Position numbers and translations under genes: made by a program. A stretch of DNA of 64,000 nucleotides from Azolla caroliniana (lineage: Eukaryota; Plantae; Polypodiophyta), in assembly GCA_043228905.1 (NCBI GenBank), contig JBHGNT010000002.1, positions 11,346,001-11,410,000 of the forward strand. The letters are read 5' to 3'. Numbering within the stretch: the first letter of the stretch is position 1; each line of letters begins with the position of its first letter. The notes beneath the pieces were generated by a model. That model was not told where the DNA came from and made no database searches. It worked only from the letters and a program-made list of their open reading frames with translations. This document shows, piece by piece, positions 25,083-38,222 of the stretch.

Positions 25083-28000
25083 GATGTTGTCTTCATTTCA
25101 ATGACTCTCGTCAAAAAGTTCCTTCGTTTAAACTAAAGATTCACACTCCAACAAAGCGAGATTCTGACTCTTTTGTTAAAGATGTCTCTAGAAGAACTCT
25201 ATTTGACTCAACGGGGGATGGAGCATCTAAATCTTGTGTTGCAACGACCAAAAATAGCAAGGGTGGGGCCCAGGAAGAGAAAACATTTGAACTTAAATAT
25301 AAGAATTACCCAGAGTTAGAATGGTGTCTCTCTTATGTTGAGGAAGATGGGGTGCTGCTCTTAATAACAACTAAGTCAAACGGTAAAGGCAAATTGGAGC
25401 TTGGAAAAACATTTAACTATGGAGATGTAACCAAGCTAGAATATGAAGATAGTGATTCTTCGAGTATTATAATCGATGTCTCGAGCTCTATTGGCTCTAG
25501 ACGATTGCGTCTTGACAAGGGAAACCTAGTAGCAAAATGTTGCAACCCCAAGTCATTACGTAAAGACATTCAAACGATGAACAACTTATTATGCACTGCG
25601 GTCGTATGTGACAGGAGAAATGATGGGCGGTGAAGCACAAACTCCACCAAAAAAATCTAGAAAGATAAATCCGGTTCATAAGAAATACAACAAACAACCA
25701 CGACCCGACGAAGATGATGAAGAGGTTTTAGAATTCGTGGAGGAAGAAGAAGAGCACCAAGTCAACATCGTGGCTCCGGGAGGTCAACTATCTTTCGGTG
25801 TATTGACGTCTGAACAAAATAAAACAAGAGAGAATATTGTTAAGACAAAACTTGTGCATAAGGGGCAGCTGTTTCATTTGCCAATTACTTCAATCCAGAG
25901 GCCTCCAATTGATTCCTTGACTGGAAGATGTCCCCTAGAAATTAGTGAGCCGCACGTTGTCCATGTGCAAAACTTGAAGAGCAAAATGAAAATTAATCCT
26001 CATGCTATTGTTGTGCCATTTTTAGTAATGGTCGATCAAGATTGATGTCCAACAGTAGCAGACTTCAAGTATAGCTCTGTTGATGATTATACATATTATG
26101 TAATTGGAGGATCGCATTCGACTGAAGTTCGTAGACAGGTTGTGAAAGAATACCCTCTCACCCCCTTCTTTAAGTACGCCGAATGTAAAGTATATGTAGG
26201 ACTCACTCACGAGGAGGCGAAGCTACTAGCATGGGACCATAACAATGATAATGATTATAGGCAAAAGATGTCAAGCATTGAAAGGATCAGATTTTTTCAT
26301 CATGAGTACCTAGATGCATTAAATCGTTTTGGCCCAAGGTTGAGGCCTGGTTTGCGTTGCTAGTGTTTACTAGAAGTGGGGATTGCAATGGATGAGAGCA
26401 CAAAATCAGAAGGGCTACGACAATATGATTCCTAGTTTCAACTAGCCTTTTCGACTGGAGAGGTGTGGGATCTCCAGGAAAAAATATTTAGCATGTGGGA
26501 GCGGAAAGAGGTCAAAGGGCAATGGTGAAAGAAGGGAAGGATTGATCCACAAGTTGAGATCAAATCGAAGTTAAAGGGCAAAAGCGACTTGGTAATCGAG
26601 GAGTTAGCAGAAGACGTGAAACTTTTACCTTGGAGGTCATTACAGGGTATTAAAGATAATAGGTTATTAATATCGGTGCTATCTCGAGTTGTTGCCAAGG
26701 AATTTAGTTTGGACGAGATGGTTACTGAATTGCAAAAGTAAGGGTTTATAGTATACAATGTTTCAGGATATTCTTCTATTATTATTGATTTTTAATTTTT
26801 AATTTCATATTTTTTGTATAGTCACAAGGTATACATGAAGATTCAGGAGTTGATGATGCAAAAATTGAGTTTACCGACATGGGAAGAAGTGGAGCAAGCT
26901 TGCCCGATAACTTCTTCGTACAAGGCATTGGAGGAATATTTTATTGTTTTTAGAGAATGGGTATGTGTCATTTGAATGTTAATACATTGAAAGCTAATGT
27001 TCTCTCCTAACAACATTGACACTTGCAAAAACCATCGAAATCAAAAAAGACCAACGACAATAATGATGGTATTCTAGTTGCCTTTATCACACACTTAGAA
27101 CGTGCAAAGTATGAGAAGAGAATGACCAAAGGGAAAGAGATGGAACTGCCTGAAGATTGGGAGACTGTGAAGAGTTTTTTGCATAGGTCCGATCCTTATA
27201 AATAGTTACATTATAGTGTATTTAATGGGAAGTATCACAAATGCTCAATCTGTTACCGAGAAGGCACTACACTTTGCTGATAGCCGACATACCATATGGA
27301 TTCCGAATTACGGGATCAACATATGATGATGTGCCTTTCAAGTACCCTCAAATCGAGAAGATGTTAAAGGATTTCTACAAACTGACATTGGCCCCCTTGT
27401 GGAGGACAATCATATTCCATAGCATGGGGCAATCACTGTCAGTCACAACAGCTCTGAAGTCACGTTGTCATGCCACTGAACACATGCATTGGTGTGTCAC
27501 AGTTTGTTTTTAATCATTATGATACTTGTTATTATATGTTGACATTCATACCTCTAAAACATGATTTTATTTCTCTATAGGATTAAAACAAATATTACAC
27601 GTAGCCTTGGCGATCGAATGGTTAGTGCGGTCGAACATTTTTGTGTGGGTTACTATGATTCAATAACAAAGAAGAAGGCTAGAGCACATGTCAATGAGTG
27701 TAACGTGGTAAATTATATCATGTGCCCAGTTGTCACAAAAAAATTAAGGCATGTTTCAGGTGATAAGAGTATGGTGAATCCTTATCAAAAACCTCAAAGA
27801 TTGATCAACCGCCTCCTAGAGCTGTTCTCAAATCCAAATGATTGGGTCATAGACTTGTTCTCTGGCATAGGTATATAAAATATATTTACTTTGATTTTTG
27901 TCGATCAAGTTTAAGACTTTAATTCTTATATATACTTGTTTGTCTTCATGTGGCCATTAGGTACTACAACACCTTGTGCATTGAAGATGTTTCGAAACTG

Positions 28001-28310
28001 TGTTGCATTGGAGAAGGAACCTACACAAGTTAACTTCATCAAAATGAGGATCACAAGAATCTGGGACTATCCAGATCAGGATCAAGAAGTCGGAGCTAAG
28101 CACATCAATGAGACAGAGATGTTCCAAATGACTTCACGAGAACCAATGGAACCCATTAATGAAGAATCAGGGGAGCTTGTGGACCTAGAAGATGTAACAC
28201 AATTTGAACATACATCAGATTTAGGAGAGCACGGAGATAACACAAACGAGAATAGTCTAGAACAATCGGCGCCTGAAGAGCCTAGTGTGCCAGATTTGCT
28301 TATAGATTGA
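25083..28310 (+). pseudogene. Multi-exon gene: ParB/Srx-like domain plus beta-class N6A/N4C DNA methyltransferase (true start may be upstream, ~24700)
   Basis: ParB-like YYVIGGSH...ECKVYVGLTHEEAKLLAWDHN; MTase motif IV LLIADIPYG, W-IKTN, NPYQKPQRLINRLLELFSNPNDWVIDLFSGIG-TT (motif I), ALEKE. GT-AG introns at 26738-26821, 27492-27580 and 27871-27960 keep the frame; one more at 26961-~27028 has a mutated acceptor. Several premature stops. Confidence 0.85.
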
Positions 28311-29041
28311 TTTAGATGGCATAATGTATACTTTGAGGATTTTCTAGGCATAATGTATACCTTGACTTGATATTGTTTTTGTATATGAGAACAATAGTAA
28401 TCGTTTATGGCTTAATTTTATTCACCCGTTCATAATTTCACTTTTTAATCATTTTTTGAACTGTAATTTGTATATACATATGATTGGTCACCATGCTCTT
28501 CTCCAATTTGGGGTATTAACATGATATTATACTTTCTCATTTCTCCTAGCATGATTATATACATGAACTTGTGAATGTTCTTGATAATAAATGGTTTTCA
28601 GTTTGCTACGTTCCAAGTCTGTTGGTTTCAAATAGTATAAATGAACTTGGTACATAATTGTTACTCTTACCAATTACATTGTGATGGATTATATGACATT
28701 ATACAACGAAACTATCGATATACCTATCCAACAAGTGGGGGACTACTTTTTTCCTCAACCCTAAACCACATATTAACATTTAGGGTTTATGTAGTTTTAC
28801 TCTACAATTTGAATATGGATACCAAAAAAAGATGTTTAATATTCAACCTAGTATTCAATTGTACTCTAGGATATACAAATTGACACAAAAACAAGACGTA
28901 TACAATTCACCAAATGCTTGGATTTTATTTGGTTCTATATTTCACCATCCATTCGCAAAATAGGTATGCATGAATTGTACATTTTTGAAATCATGCTAAA
29001 TTAGGGTACTTTTCTGCATCTCACCAACTATGGCAAAAGAG

Positions 29042-29076
29042 AATACGACATTACCTGTTTCAAATGACCCGGTGTT
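29042..29076 (-). repeat. Right TIR of the DNA transposon
   Basis: AATACGACATTACCTGTTTCAAATGACCCGGTGTT is the inverted match to 21376-21412, and is followed by TTTG. Confidence 0.92.
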
Positions 29077-29899
29077 TTTGGACCCCTTTGAGCTGCTCCC
29101 TGAGTGTTTCCACCATCAAAAGCTCCCAATCGAACACCTCCCCTTCCTATGTTGATATGGTAAAACCTACCCTCTTTTTTAGCATGCAATAAGATCTTAG
29201 CCTAAGAAATGTTACTTCTAACAGGAATTTAGCGACTACATGGAAGAATTCATCTTCCCCACCTTGTGTTTGATAGGGCTTGGCCGATGGCTAGTATTCA
29301 CCTAAATAAGACGTTAGGACTTCCAATTTCAGTTTTCTCAGAGCCTGAAATCCTTCTCTTTTCAGATTAAGAATCTGACGTAATTGTTTGTTGGTAATCT
29401 TGGTTACGTTGATCTGTTGGATGATCTGTGTGGCGCGTGGGTGGGGTTCAGAGTCTGCAGACTTTGGGTATCCATCCAATCCCTTGTTGCGCAACCATTA
29501 TCGTAGTTCATCTGAGACTTGAACTGACATGTTGTCTTCCTGATATAAGTCAGAAGTTGTGAGCGATGGCAATTTCTATGTGCAAGGAGAAGGCGAAGAA
29601 AACTTGTGCTCTCGAAACTTTTTCTACTTTTGTGACAGAGAAAGTGGAGAGGTAAGGTTTTGAGGAAATAAATGTTTCATATTTTTAGGCAAAAAGAGAA
29701 TATACTATTTATGACAGTGCGAGTGCAAATATAATAATAGCTCCCAACACTCGTAGTTAAGATTGCATGATTTTGTGGCTTGTCCATATATACTCTGAAA
29801 AAGACTACACCAAGAAGTCATGATGTTTTTCTATTAATTCTATTATAATTTTATTTTTTTGCCAAGACAAAGTTTTTTAAAAAAATATTTACATTCATG

Positions 29900-32400
29900 A
29901 CCCTTCCACGTCACGGTGTGTCAGAATCACCTCCGACCTGAAACGGGCTTTTCGGCATTGATCCTCTATAAGGTTTTAAGCGAAAACCATTTACCCATTT
30001 CGGCAAAATTTCACCTAAGAATGTGCCGACCTGATATGTGCCATTCTTGTTGTCAACTATCCAAAATGAACATGTCCATCAAAATTGTAGTTTTCCGGGC
30101 ATTGAACCCATCTTCCTCTGAAAGACTAGTACCGGCTTATCGACCGTGACCATCTTTTCTTTTTGTTTCCGGTGTCGGTCTATGAACCTCGATGTCAGGC
30201 GATGTTTCTGCTCAGGTGCACACATAGCCTGTAGCCTACTTTCTTCCAAAACAAGCAGTTGTTCTTTCTGAACTTGTTCTGACTGTTCTTCATCTAACCT
30301 TTCGGTGACTTGTACTTGTAATGTCAGAACTTGAAATTCTATTGGCATTACAACTTCTAACCCAAAAGCCATTCTGAATGGAGTTGATTTGATGATTGTT
30401 TTATAGGAAGTGCGATAAGCCCATAACGCACTATTTAGTTACTGATCTCAATCGGTTCTGTTTTCATTGAAAAAATTTCTGAAAATTATTTTGTAAGGAT
30501 TTGTTCGTTGATTCTGCAAATACATTGGCGTGAGGATAGTACGGAGTACTCCTTTTGTGTAGTACTACATAATATGAAGATAACTCATGTACTATTTTAT
30601 TTATGAAATGAGTACCTTGATCACTGACTAATTCGATTGGACAACCAAACCGACACCATATGTTTTCGTATAGAAATTTGATTTTCAACGCAGCCGTGTT
30701 ATCTCATAAGGGTTTAGCTTCGACCAATTTCGTATAGTAGTCTGTAGCTACTATAATATAGCGATTCCCCGTTCGGATAACAACTGGCTTAAATGGACCG
30801 ACAAAGTCCAAGCCCCATTTTTGGAAAGGGTTTAAAGGTAATACTGGTTGAAAAGGCATTATGTCTTGTTCTGTCGGTTGCCCAAGTCATTAACACAAGT
30901 CGCATTGCCCACAATATTCGATTGCATCCTTAGTGGTTGTCCGTCACCACAAGCCAGCACTCCATATTTTTCTAGCCGTGGCATCTCCCGTGTAATGTCC
31001 ACCAGCTATACCGCAGTGGGTTTCCCGGAAAATTCCATCCTTCTCAAATTGTTGGACCGTGGTAAAGTGTGTCTTTTAGAAGACAAAAATTCTGGCTTCG
31101 TACAACTAATCGCTTCCATTCATGAAGTAACATATTATACAGTGGTAGCCGCGTACTAAGGAAAATTGTCATTTTGGTAATCCATGCATCCGTTGTATGC
31201 TCACCCATCTCTGTAGTTGCTATGGTATCAACCCGAAAAAGTTGAGCATTGTGAAAATCATCCTTAACTCCAGTTCCTTCCTCCCCCGACTCCAGTCTAC
31301 TAAGGTAGTCCGCAATTGCATGTTGCACCCATGGTCTGTGAAGAATGTCGAATTCGAATTCTTTAAGCATCAATTTCCATCTTGCCAATTTACCCGTGAG
31401 TTCTTGTTTTGCCACTAAATATAGCAAGGCTGAATGGTCGACGTGAAATGTAAATTTCCAACCCAATAAGTAGTGCTGAAATTTATTGATGTTGTAAATC
31501 ATGCCAAGAGCCTCACACTCAGTTGTGGAGTAATTTATTGCCACGATGGAAAGTTTCCGACTTGTGTAGTATTCTCATCTATACCAGTTTGGCTCGGTCA
31601 GCTGCATTAGGGAACTGCCAATTGCTACATCTGATGCATCGACAAATACGTGAAAAGGTTTCTCCCAATCGGTAGGTTGTACTGACTGAGAACTTTTGCA
31701 TTGGTTGGTGCTAGTGCTTCTAATATTGCCTTGACTTTGTCGGGATCAATTGTTATTCCAACTTGGCTTACTATATGTCCCAACAATGCACCACTTGTTA
31801 CACCGAATGCACATTTAGCTAAATTGAGACTCAATCAACCTTGTCGACACCGGTCTAAACAAAGTCGTAATTTTTCTAAGTGATATGTCTTCTGACTATA
31901 GACCGCAAAGTCATCAAGAAAGACTAGAATGAATGCAAGAATATAATCATTAAAATTTCTTGAATTACCCGTTGAAATGTTGCCGAAGCCATTTTTAACT
32001 CGAACATCATGACCACTGCCACAAATACACGCCATTCGGTTACAAATGTTGTCTTTTCTTGATCCTCCAGATGCCTATGAACTTGATTATACCCACTGAA
32101 ACCATCAAGAAAACTGTAAATTTCATGGCCTGCTATTGAATCTAGAATGTTGTCTGTAAATGGTAACGGAAATGCATATGTTACTGTAGCCGCATTGGGT
32201 TTCCTGTAATCCACACATCTCAAACATTACCATTCCGCTTAGGTACGACTACTATCGGACTCAGCTAAGATGCCTTTTTCACTGGTCGAATAAATCCGAC
32301 TCTAAGTAACTTGTCGATTTCTTCCTTGACTTTCAGTGCATAGTTTGGATTTAGTTGGTAACGACGATGTTGCACCAGGTTTGCATCGTTATGTAAATTT
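29900..32400 (-). pseudogene. RT-RNase H-integrase of element C
   Basis: CVDYRKPN, FLDGFSGYNQ, VFLDDFAVY, NYSTTECEALGM, LVSDQGTHF, ESTNK. Confidence 0.9.
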
Positions 32401-32526
32401 ATCTAATGCTAGCAAAATGCTGGATCTAATCCTTTCATGTCCTCAAATTAGCAAGCAAAGACATCTTTGTATTGTCTCAATAAATACTTTAATTCCTACT
32501 TTTCAGCCGCTAGCATTTCTTTCGCT

Positions 32527-32964
32527 ATACTGTAGTCTTAGGTTCTGCGTCGGTGTCAACTAAATTTAATTCCTCCAGTGCTGATGCATGTACTCATTGA
32601 GACACATGCATTTCCTTTTCAGTGGCCTCATCCCGCATTTAAATCTCTTTTAATGTCCGCTCATCTACGAGAACTTCATCTTCCTTGTCTTCTATATAAG
32701 AAGTGCGCGTCTGCAAAATGTCTACTTCGAATAAGGGAATGATTTTTGGATTGTCGTTAAAATACTATTCTTCCTCCGCTTCATTGAGTCCTTCCATCAT
32801 ATTAACCGACTCTGCATTGACTGGTAGACATTGACGAGGCATAGTGACTTTGTCCTGAGTTGTTACCCGTATTTTAGTTTTACCCATCCTGAATGTTAGC
32901 ACATTCTTGTTCCAGTTTTGCATAATATTAGCCATTTTTAAACATGGCCAACCTAACAGGAGTG
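32527..32964 (-). repeat. First copy of a ~440-bp duplicated pol segment (second copy ~38540-38978)
   Basis: Both copies begin TAGTCTTAGGTTCTGCGT.GGTGTCA.CTAAATTTAATTCC and end ACCTAACAGGAGTG. Confidence 0.85.
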
Positions 32965-33440
32965 TGACGGGAAATCACGTTCCTTATGTGCAACGCTCGG
33001 CCATAACCGAGCTTAGAATCGTACACAAAAAACGGGAAATGTAAGCACGACACAATGGAGAGAAGAGTACACAAGATGTTTAACGTGGAAAACCCTGAGA
33101 GGGAAAAACCACGGCAGTCCACGGACTGCTAACTATCACTATGTCACAGTAATTACAACGGTGAGCTCACGGAGGCAACGACCTCGTGCTCACGATCTTC
33201 GCCACAGGCGACGGTTACAACAGAGGCAACGACCTCTTTCTCTCTCTCTCACTCTCTGTACACAGTTACGCGCTCACTCTATCCTTGCACCAACAAGAAT
33301 GACAACAACTCTACATCACACAGTAAGTTTGCCCTAAGGCATATTTATACTAATATGACTTTTCGGCTATTTACAAATATAGCCTCGATGGACTCTCAGA
33401 AACATATTTACGAATATGTCTCTTCATCCGGTGAGCACTC

Positions 33441-33655
33441 CTCACCGGGTCTACACCATCCGGCTCTCCGTAGCCGGGTACTCCTCATCTGGTTCTCACC
33501 GGCTCTGCACCATCTGGCTCTCCGTAGCCGGGTGCTCCTCATCCGGTTCTCACCGGGTCTGCACCATCTAGCTGTCCGTAGCCGGGTGCTCCTCATCCGG
33601 TTCTCACCATGTCTGCACCATCCGACTCTCCGTAGCCAGGTACTCCTCATCCGGA
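33441..33655. repeat. 54-bp minisatellite, 4 units, in the left LTR of copia E
   Basis: Unit CTCACCGGGTCTGCACCATCCGGCTCTCCGTAGCCGGGTACTCCTCATCCGGTT. Confidence 0.92.
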
Positions 33656-33683
33656 GGGACCTATCTCCCAACAAACTCCCCCT

Positions 33684-36600
33684 TCACTCCGGCATGGGGT
33701 GTCTTACTAGTCTGATCTGCTTCCTACATGCATCCAGCTTGTCGGGTATCAGCACTTTGGTTAGCATATCTAACCCGTTCTCGGCCGTGTGGATCTTCGT
33801 CAGCACGAACTCCTGGTCATCTACTCTTTCCCGGATCCAATGATACCTTCGCTGGATATGCTTCATCCGGGAATGGTAGGCCTCATTCTTAGCAAGGTGG
33901 ATGGCACTTTGACAGTCGCAATAGAGCCGGTATTCCTCTTCCCGGATACCGAGCTCTCCGATGAAGTCCTTCATCCATAATATTTCCTTGCCAGCTCCCA
34001 GAACCGCCATGTACTCCGCTTCCGTGGTTGACAATGCAACCGTCTTCTGCAGCCTCGACTTCCACGATACAGCTCCCCCTGCATATGTCATTACATACCC
34101 AGATGTAGACCGGCTGGTATCCACATCAGCCGACATGTCCGAATCGGTGAAACCGTCAAGTTGAGGTTTTCCGGAGCCGAATTGGAGACACATATTTGAA
34201 GTGCCCTTTAAGTACCGGAGTATCCATTTGACCGCGTTCTAGTGCTCCTTGTCGGGATTGCTCATAAACCAGCTGACTACTGCGACTCCGTATCCTATAT
34301 CCGGTCGGGTACAAACCATTGCGTACATTAAGCTCCCGACGGCAGAGGCATATGGAATCTTCATCATATCCGCCTTCTCTGCTTTTGTCTTCGGGCTTTG
34401 CTGCCCAGATAACCTGCAGTTTGCAGGAAGTGTTGATCCGACCGGTTTCGCTTCTACCAGTGAAGCACCTTTATCACGTACTTCTCCTGTGATAGCCACA
34501 ATTGCTTCACTGACTGGTTCCGGATAATATGCATCCCCAACATCTATCTTGCCGGACCCAAGTCTTTCATTGAGAAGGTCCGGTTGAGAGCCTTCTTCAG
34601 CATCCGTATTTTGACTTGGTCCCGTCCGACGATCACATGTCATCCACGTACAGAAGGAGTATCAGGAAGTCGCCTCCTTCGAACTTCTTCACAAACACGC
34701 AGTGATCGGCCTGCGTCTTGTGGTACCCTTGATCGGTCATGAAGGAGTCGAACTTCTGGTACCATTGTCGAGGAGCCTGTTTCAGTCCGTACAGGCTTTT
34801 CTTCAGTTGGCATACCAGGTGCTCCTTCCCTTTCTCCACGAATCCTTCCGGTTGCTGCATGTAGATCTCCTCTTCGAGGTCGCCGTGAAGGAATGTTGTC
34901 TTCACATCCAGCTGCTTTACCTCGAGGTCCATGCTCGCCGCTATACTTAGCACCGTCCGGATGGAGGTCATCTTTACTACTGGGGCAAATATCTCGTCGA
35001 AGTCCACGCCCTTCTTCTGCTGGAACCCCTTCACCACGATTCTGGCTTTGTATCTCGGGGGTTTGCCGACATCTCCCGGTTTCAACTTGTACACCCACTT
35101 ATTTCGGAGTGCCCGCTTTCCTTTCGGCAACTCCACCAATTCATACGTATGGTTCTCATGCAGGGAATCCATCTCATCCTGCATGGCACTTAACCATTTG
35201 CGGTTGTGGGTGTCATCATTTGCTTCTTCGAAGCTTTTCGGCTCCCCCTCATCGATCAGCAGCACATGCTCTGCATCCGGAAATCTCCGAAGGGCCCTTC
35301 TCTCTCTAAGAGGATATCTCCGTCTTTGGGCTTCGGTAGCCGGCTCCTCCATTTTCTCTTCATCCGAATCCGATTCGGGGTCTTGGCCGGTTCCGGTTTC
35401 AACATCCTCTACTTCTTCTTCTGCCGGTCCGGTATCCTCACCGTAACCGGCTAGTTCCTCGAGTGCTAACCGGTCTCTTGCCGGTTGGGTCTGCTCCTCG
35501 CAGAATCGATCCTTACCGGTCGACTCGGAATTCATTATCTTCTTTTCCGACTCCCAATCGGCGAGCATCTTGTCCTCCATGAAGATAATATCTCGACTCC
35601 GGAATACCTTCTTGTCGCCCGGGTCCCACACTCGGTAGCCGAACTCATCGTCGCCGTAACCAAGGAATATGCACGGCCGGGTCTTTGGATCTAACTTTCC
35701 CCTCCAGTCCTTAGCTACATGCACATACGCGAGACACCCGAACACCTTCAGATGCCGGTAGGACACTTCCTTACCGGTCCATACTCTGTGTGGCGTGTCT
35801 CCGTCCAAGGGTACTGAGGGTGATCTGTTTATCACATATGTCACCGTCGACAGTGCATCAGCCCAAAACTTCTTGGGTAGTTTTGCATGCGCTAGCGTAC
35901 TCCGGACCCTCTCCATTATGGTCCGGTTCATCCTCTTGGCCAGCCCGTTTAGTTCTGGCGTCTTCGGCACGGTAAATTCGAGCCGGATTCCCTTCGAGTG
36001 GCAGTACTCCTCGAACTGCCCCCCATATTCTACTCCGTTATCTGCTTGAACCGCCTTCAGCTTCCGGCCGGTTTCTCTTTCCACTCTCGCATGGAGCTCT
36101 TTGAAGACGGATAACACCTGATCCTTCGTCTTCAACGGTGTGGCCCACAGCTTCCGGCTGTTGTCATCTATGAACGTCACGAAGTACGGTGATCCTGCAT
36201 GTGACTTCGTGTCCACTTGACACACATCGGTATGCACCAACTCCAGTGGTGCATTACGTCTCATCGGTGGCCTTGGTCGGAAGGAGGTCTGGTTTTGCTT
36301 ACCGGCCAAACAATCAGTGCACTTCTCCAAGTGCACGTTCTTCACTGGAATGAGGTTGTCTTCACCGAGCCTCTTCATCCCCTTCTCGCTCATGTGACAC
36401 AGCCTCTTGTGCCACAGCTCACCGGTAGTGTCGGATGCCACGTTCACTTCCTCCGGACATAACCGGGCATTCATCAGGTACAGAGTGTTGACCTTCCGGG
36501 CCCGAGCCACAATCAGGCTCCCCTTGCTAAACTTCATAACACCGTTCCGGATGCTACCCATGTAGCCTTCATCATCTAGTCGACCGGCTGATATCAGGTT

Positions 36601-37716
36601 CAGACGAACCTCCGGAACGTGTCTAACATCCTTCAGCAGCAGCTTGCATCCGGTTGGTGTTGTCAGCCACACGTCTCCTATGCCGACAATTCGGCATGTA
36701 CCTTCATTCCCCATCCAGACAGCCGTGATCACTAGCTGAGTAGGATGAGAAGCATTTCCGGTCCGGGGTAAGGTGGAACGACGCTCCGCAGTCTACCACC
36801 CAGGTCATCTCGTCGCCAGCACGGTTTATCTCACTCTCCTCGGTGATGAGCATCAACTCTTCTTCACTTGCCGCGATTGTCGTCGTCCCCTTCCGGTATG
36901 TTCCCCTCCGGTCTTTATTGTTTCGGTCCGGGGTCCGCTTCGAATCGGTACCTTCGGTCTCCTTATCTTTTCGGAAATGCCGACAGTTCTTCTAGAAGTG
37001 TCCCGGCTTGCCGCAATAGAAGCAAGTAGGTCTCCCCCTTGACTTTGACCGTGTCCCCGACTTTTCCCGGTTCTGGGGACTACGGTTTCTATGTCTTCCA
37101 CATTCCAATTCGGTAAGGAGCACTTTGGAGTCGGAGCTTGTATCCTTATCTTTCTGATGCGCCTCCTCATCTAGCAAGCTCGACTTCACTCTTGCTAGGG
37201 ATAACCGTTTTCCTTCCGGCCCGACGTTGCCCAAACTGACAACCAACGTCTCCCAGCTATCCGGGAGGGAACCGAGCAGGAGTAGTGCTAGTACCTCGTC
37301 GGCTAGAGGTACTTCCAATGACGTTGCCTGGTGGATCAGCCCCTGGAAGGCATTCATGTGCTCTGCCATGCTGGAGCCATCTTGGTACCGGAGTCTTACA
37401 AGCTTCTGGAATACCGAAACCTGATTTACAACATTTTTGTTTTGAAACATAATGTTGATCTTCTCCCAGAGCTCATGAGCCTTGCTCTCTTCATTGAAGT
37501 TGTTGTATAGGCTCATGTCGATGAACCACCGTATGTACGCCGTTGTCTTCATGTGCATCACCTCCCATATCGTGGCGTCGATTTTGTCCGGTCTCTTGTC
37601 CCCGGACTAAACCGGCAACCAAAGATCTTTAACCACGAGCATGTCCCTCATCTTCGACTTCCACACCGAATAGTTGGAGCTGGTGAGCTTGAACTTGCCT
37701 CCTAATGAATCATCCA
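33684..37716 (-). pseudogene. copia E gag-pol polyprotein with a few frameshifts and an RT deletion
   Basis: CFYCGKPGH; LWHKRLCHMS; FIDDNSR; QLDVKTTFLHG; LLYVDDM; ALSTTEAEY; 699-aa open segment 34633-36732. Confidence 0.93.
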
Positions 37717-38222
37717 TCTTCTGTGTCGTTTCGCTCTGATACCAATTGACGGGAACTCACGTTCCTTATGTGTAACGCTCGGCCACAACCGAGCTTAGAA
37801 TCGTACACAAAAAACGGGAAATGTAAGCACGACACAATGGAGAGAAGAGTACACAAGATGTTTAACGTGGAAAACCCTGAGAGGGAAAAACCACGGCAGT
37901 CCACTGACTGCTAACTATCACTATGTCACAGTAATTACAACGGTGACCTCACGGAGGCAACGACCTCGTGCTCACGATCTTCGCCACAGGTGGCGGTTAC
38001 AACAGAGGCAACGACCTCTTTCTCTCTCTCTCACTCTCTATACACAGTTACGCGCTCACTCTATCCTTGCACTAACAAGAATGACAACAACTCTACATCA
38101 CACAGTAAGTTTGCCCTAAGTCATATTTATACTAATATGACTTTTCAGCTATTTACAAATATAGCCTCGATGGACTCTCAGAAACATATTTACGAATATG
38201 TCTCTTCATCCGGTGAGCACTC

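Larger units (their letters stand above)
21376..29076. mobile_element. TIR DNA transposon, 7.7 kb, with a Sola-like/DUF7869-type transposase and a ParB-DNA methyltransferase cargo gene
   Basis: ~35-bp TIRs, candidate 4-bp TSD TTTG, two divergent genes; removing it restores the host ORF frame. Confidence 0.9.

Noticed and set aside
25083-28310. Bacterial or phage contamination, or a prophage, explaining the MTase
   Set aside because: The gene has frame-restoring spliceosomal introns and sits inside TIRs nested in a plant retrotransposon. No phage genes are nearby.
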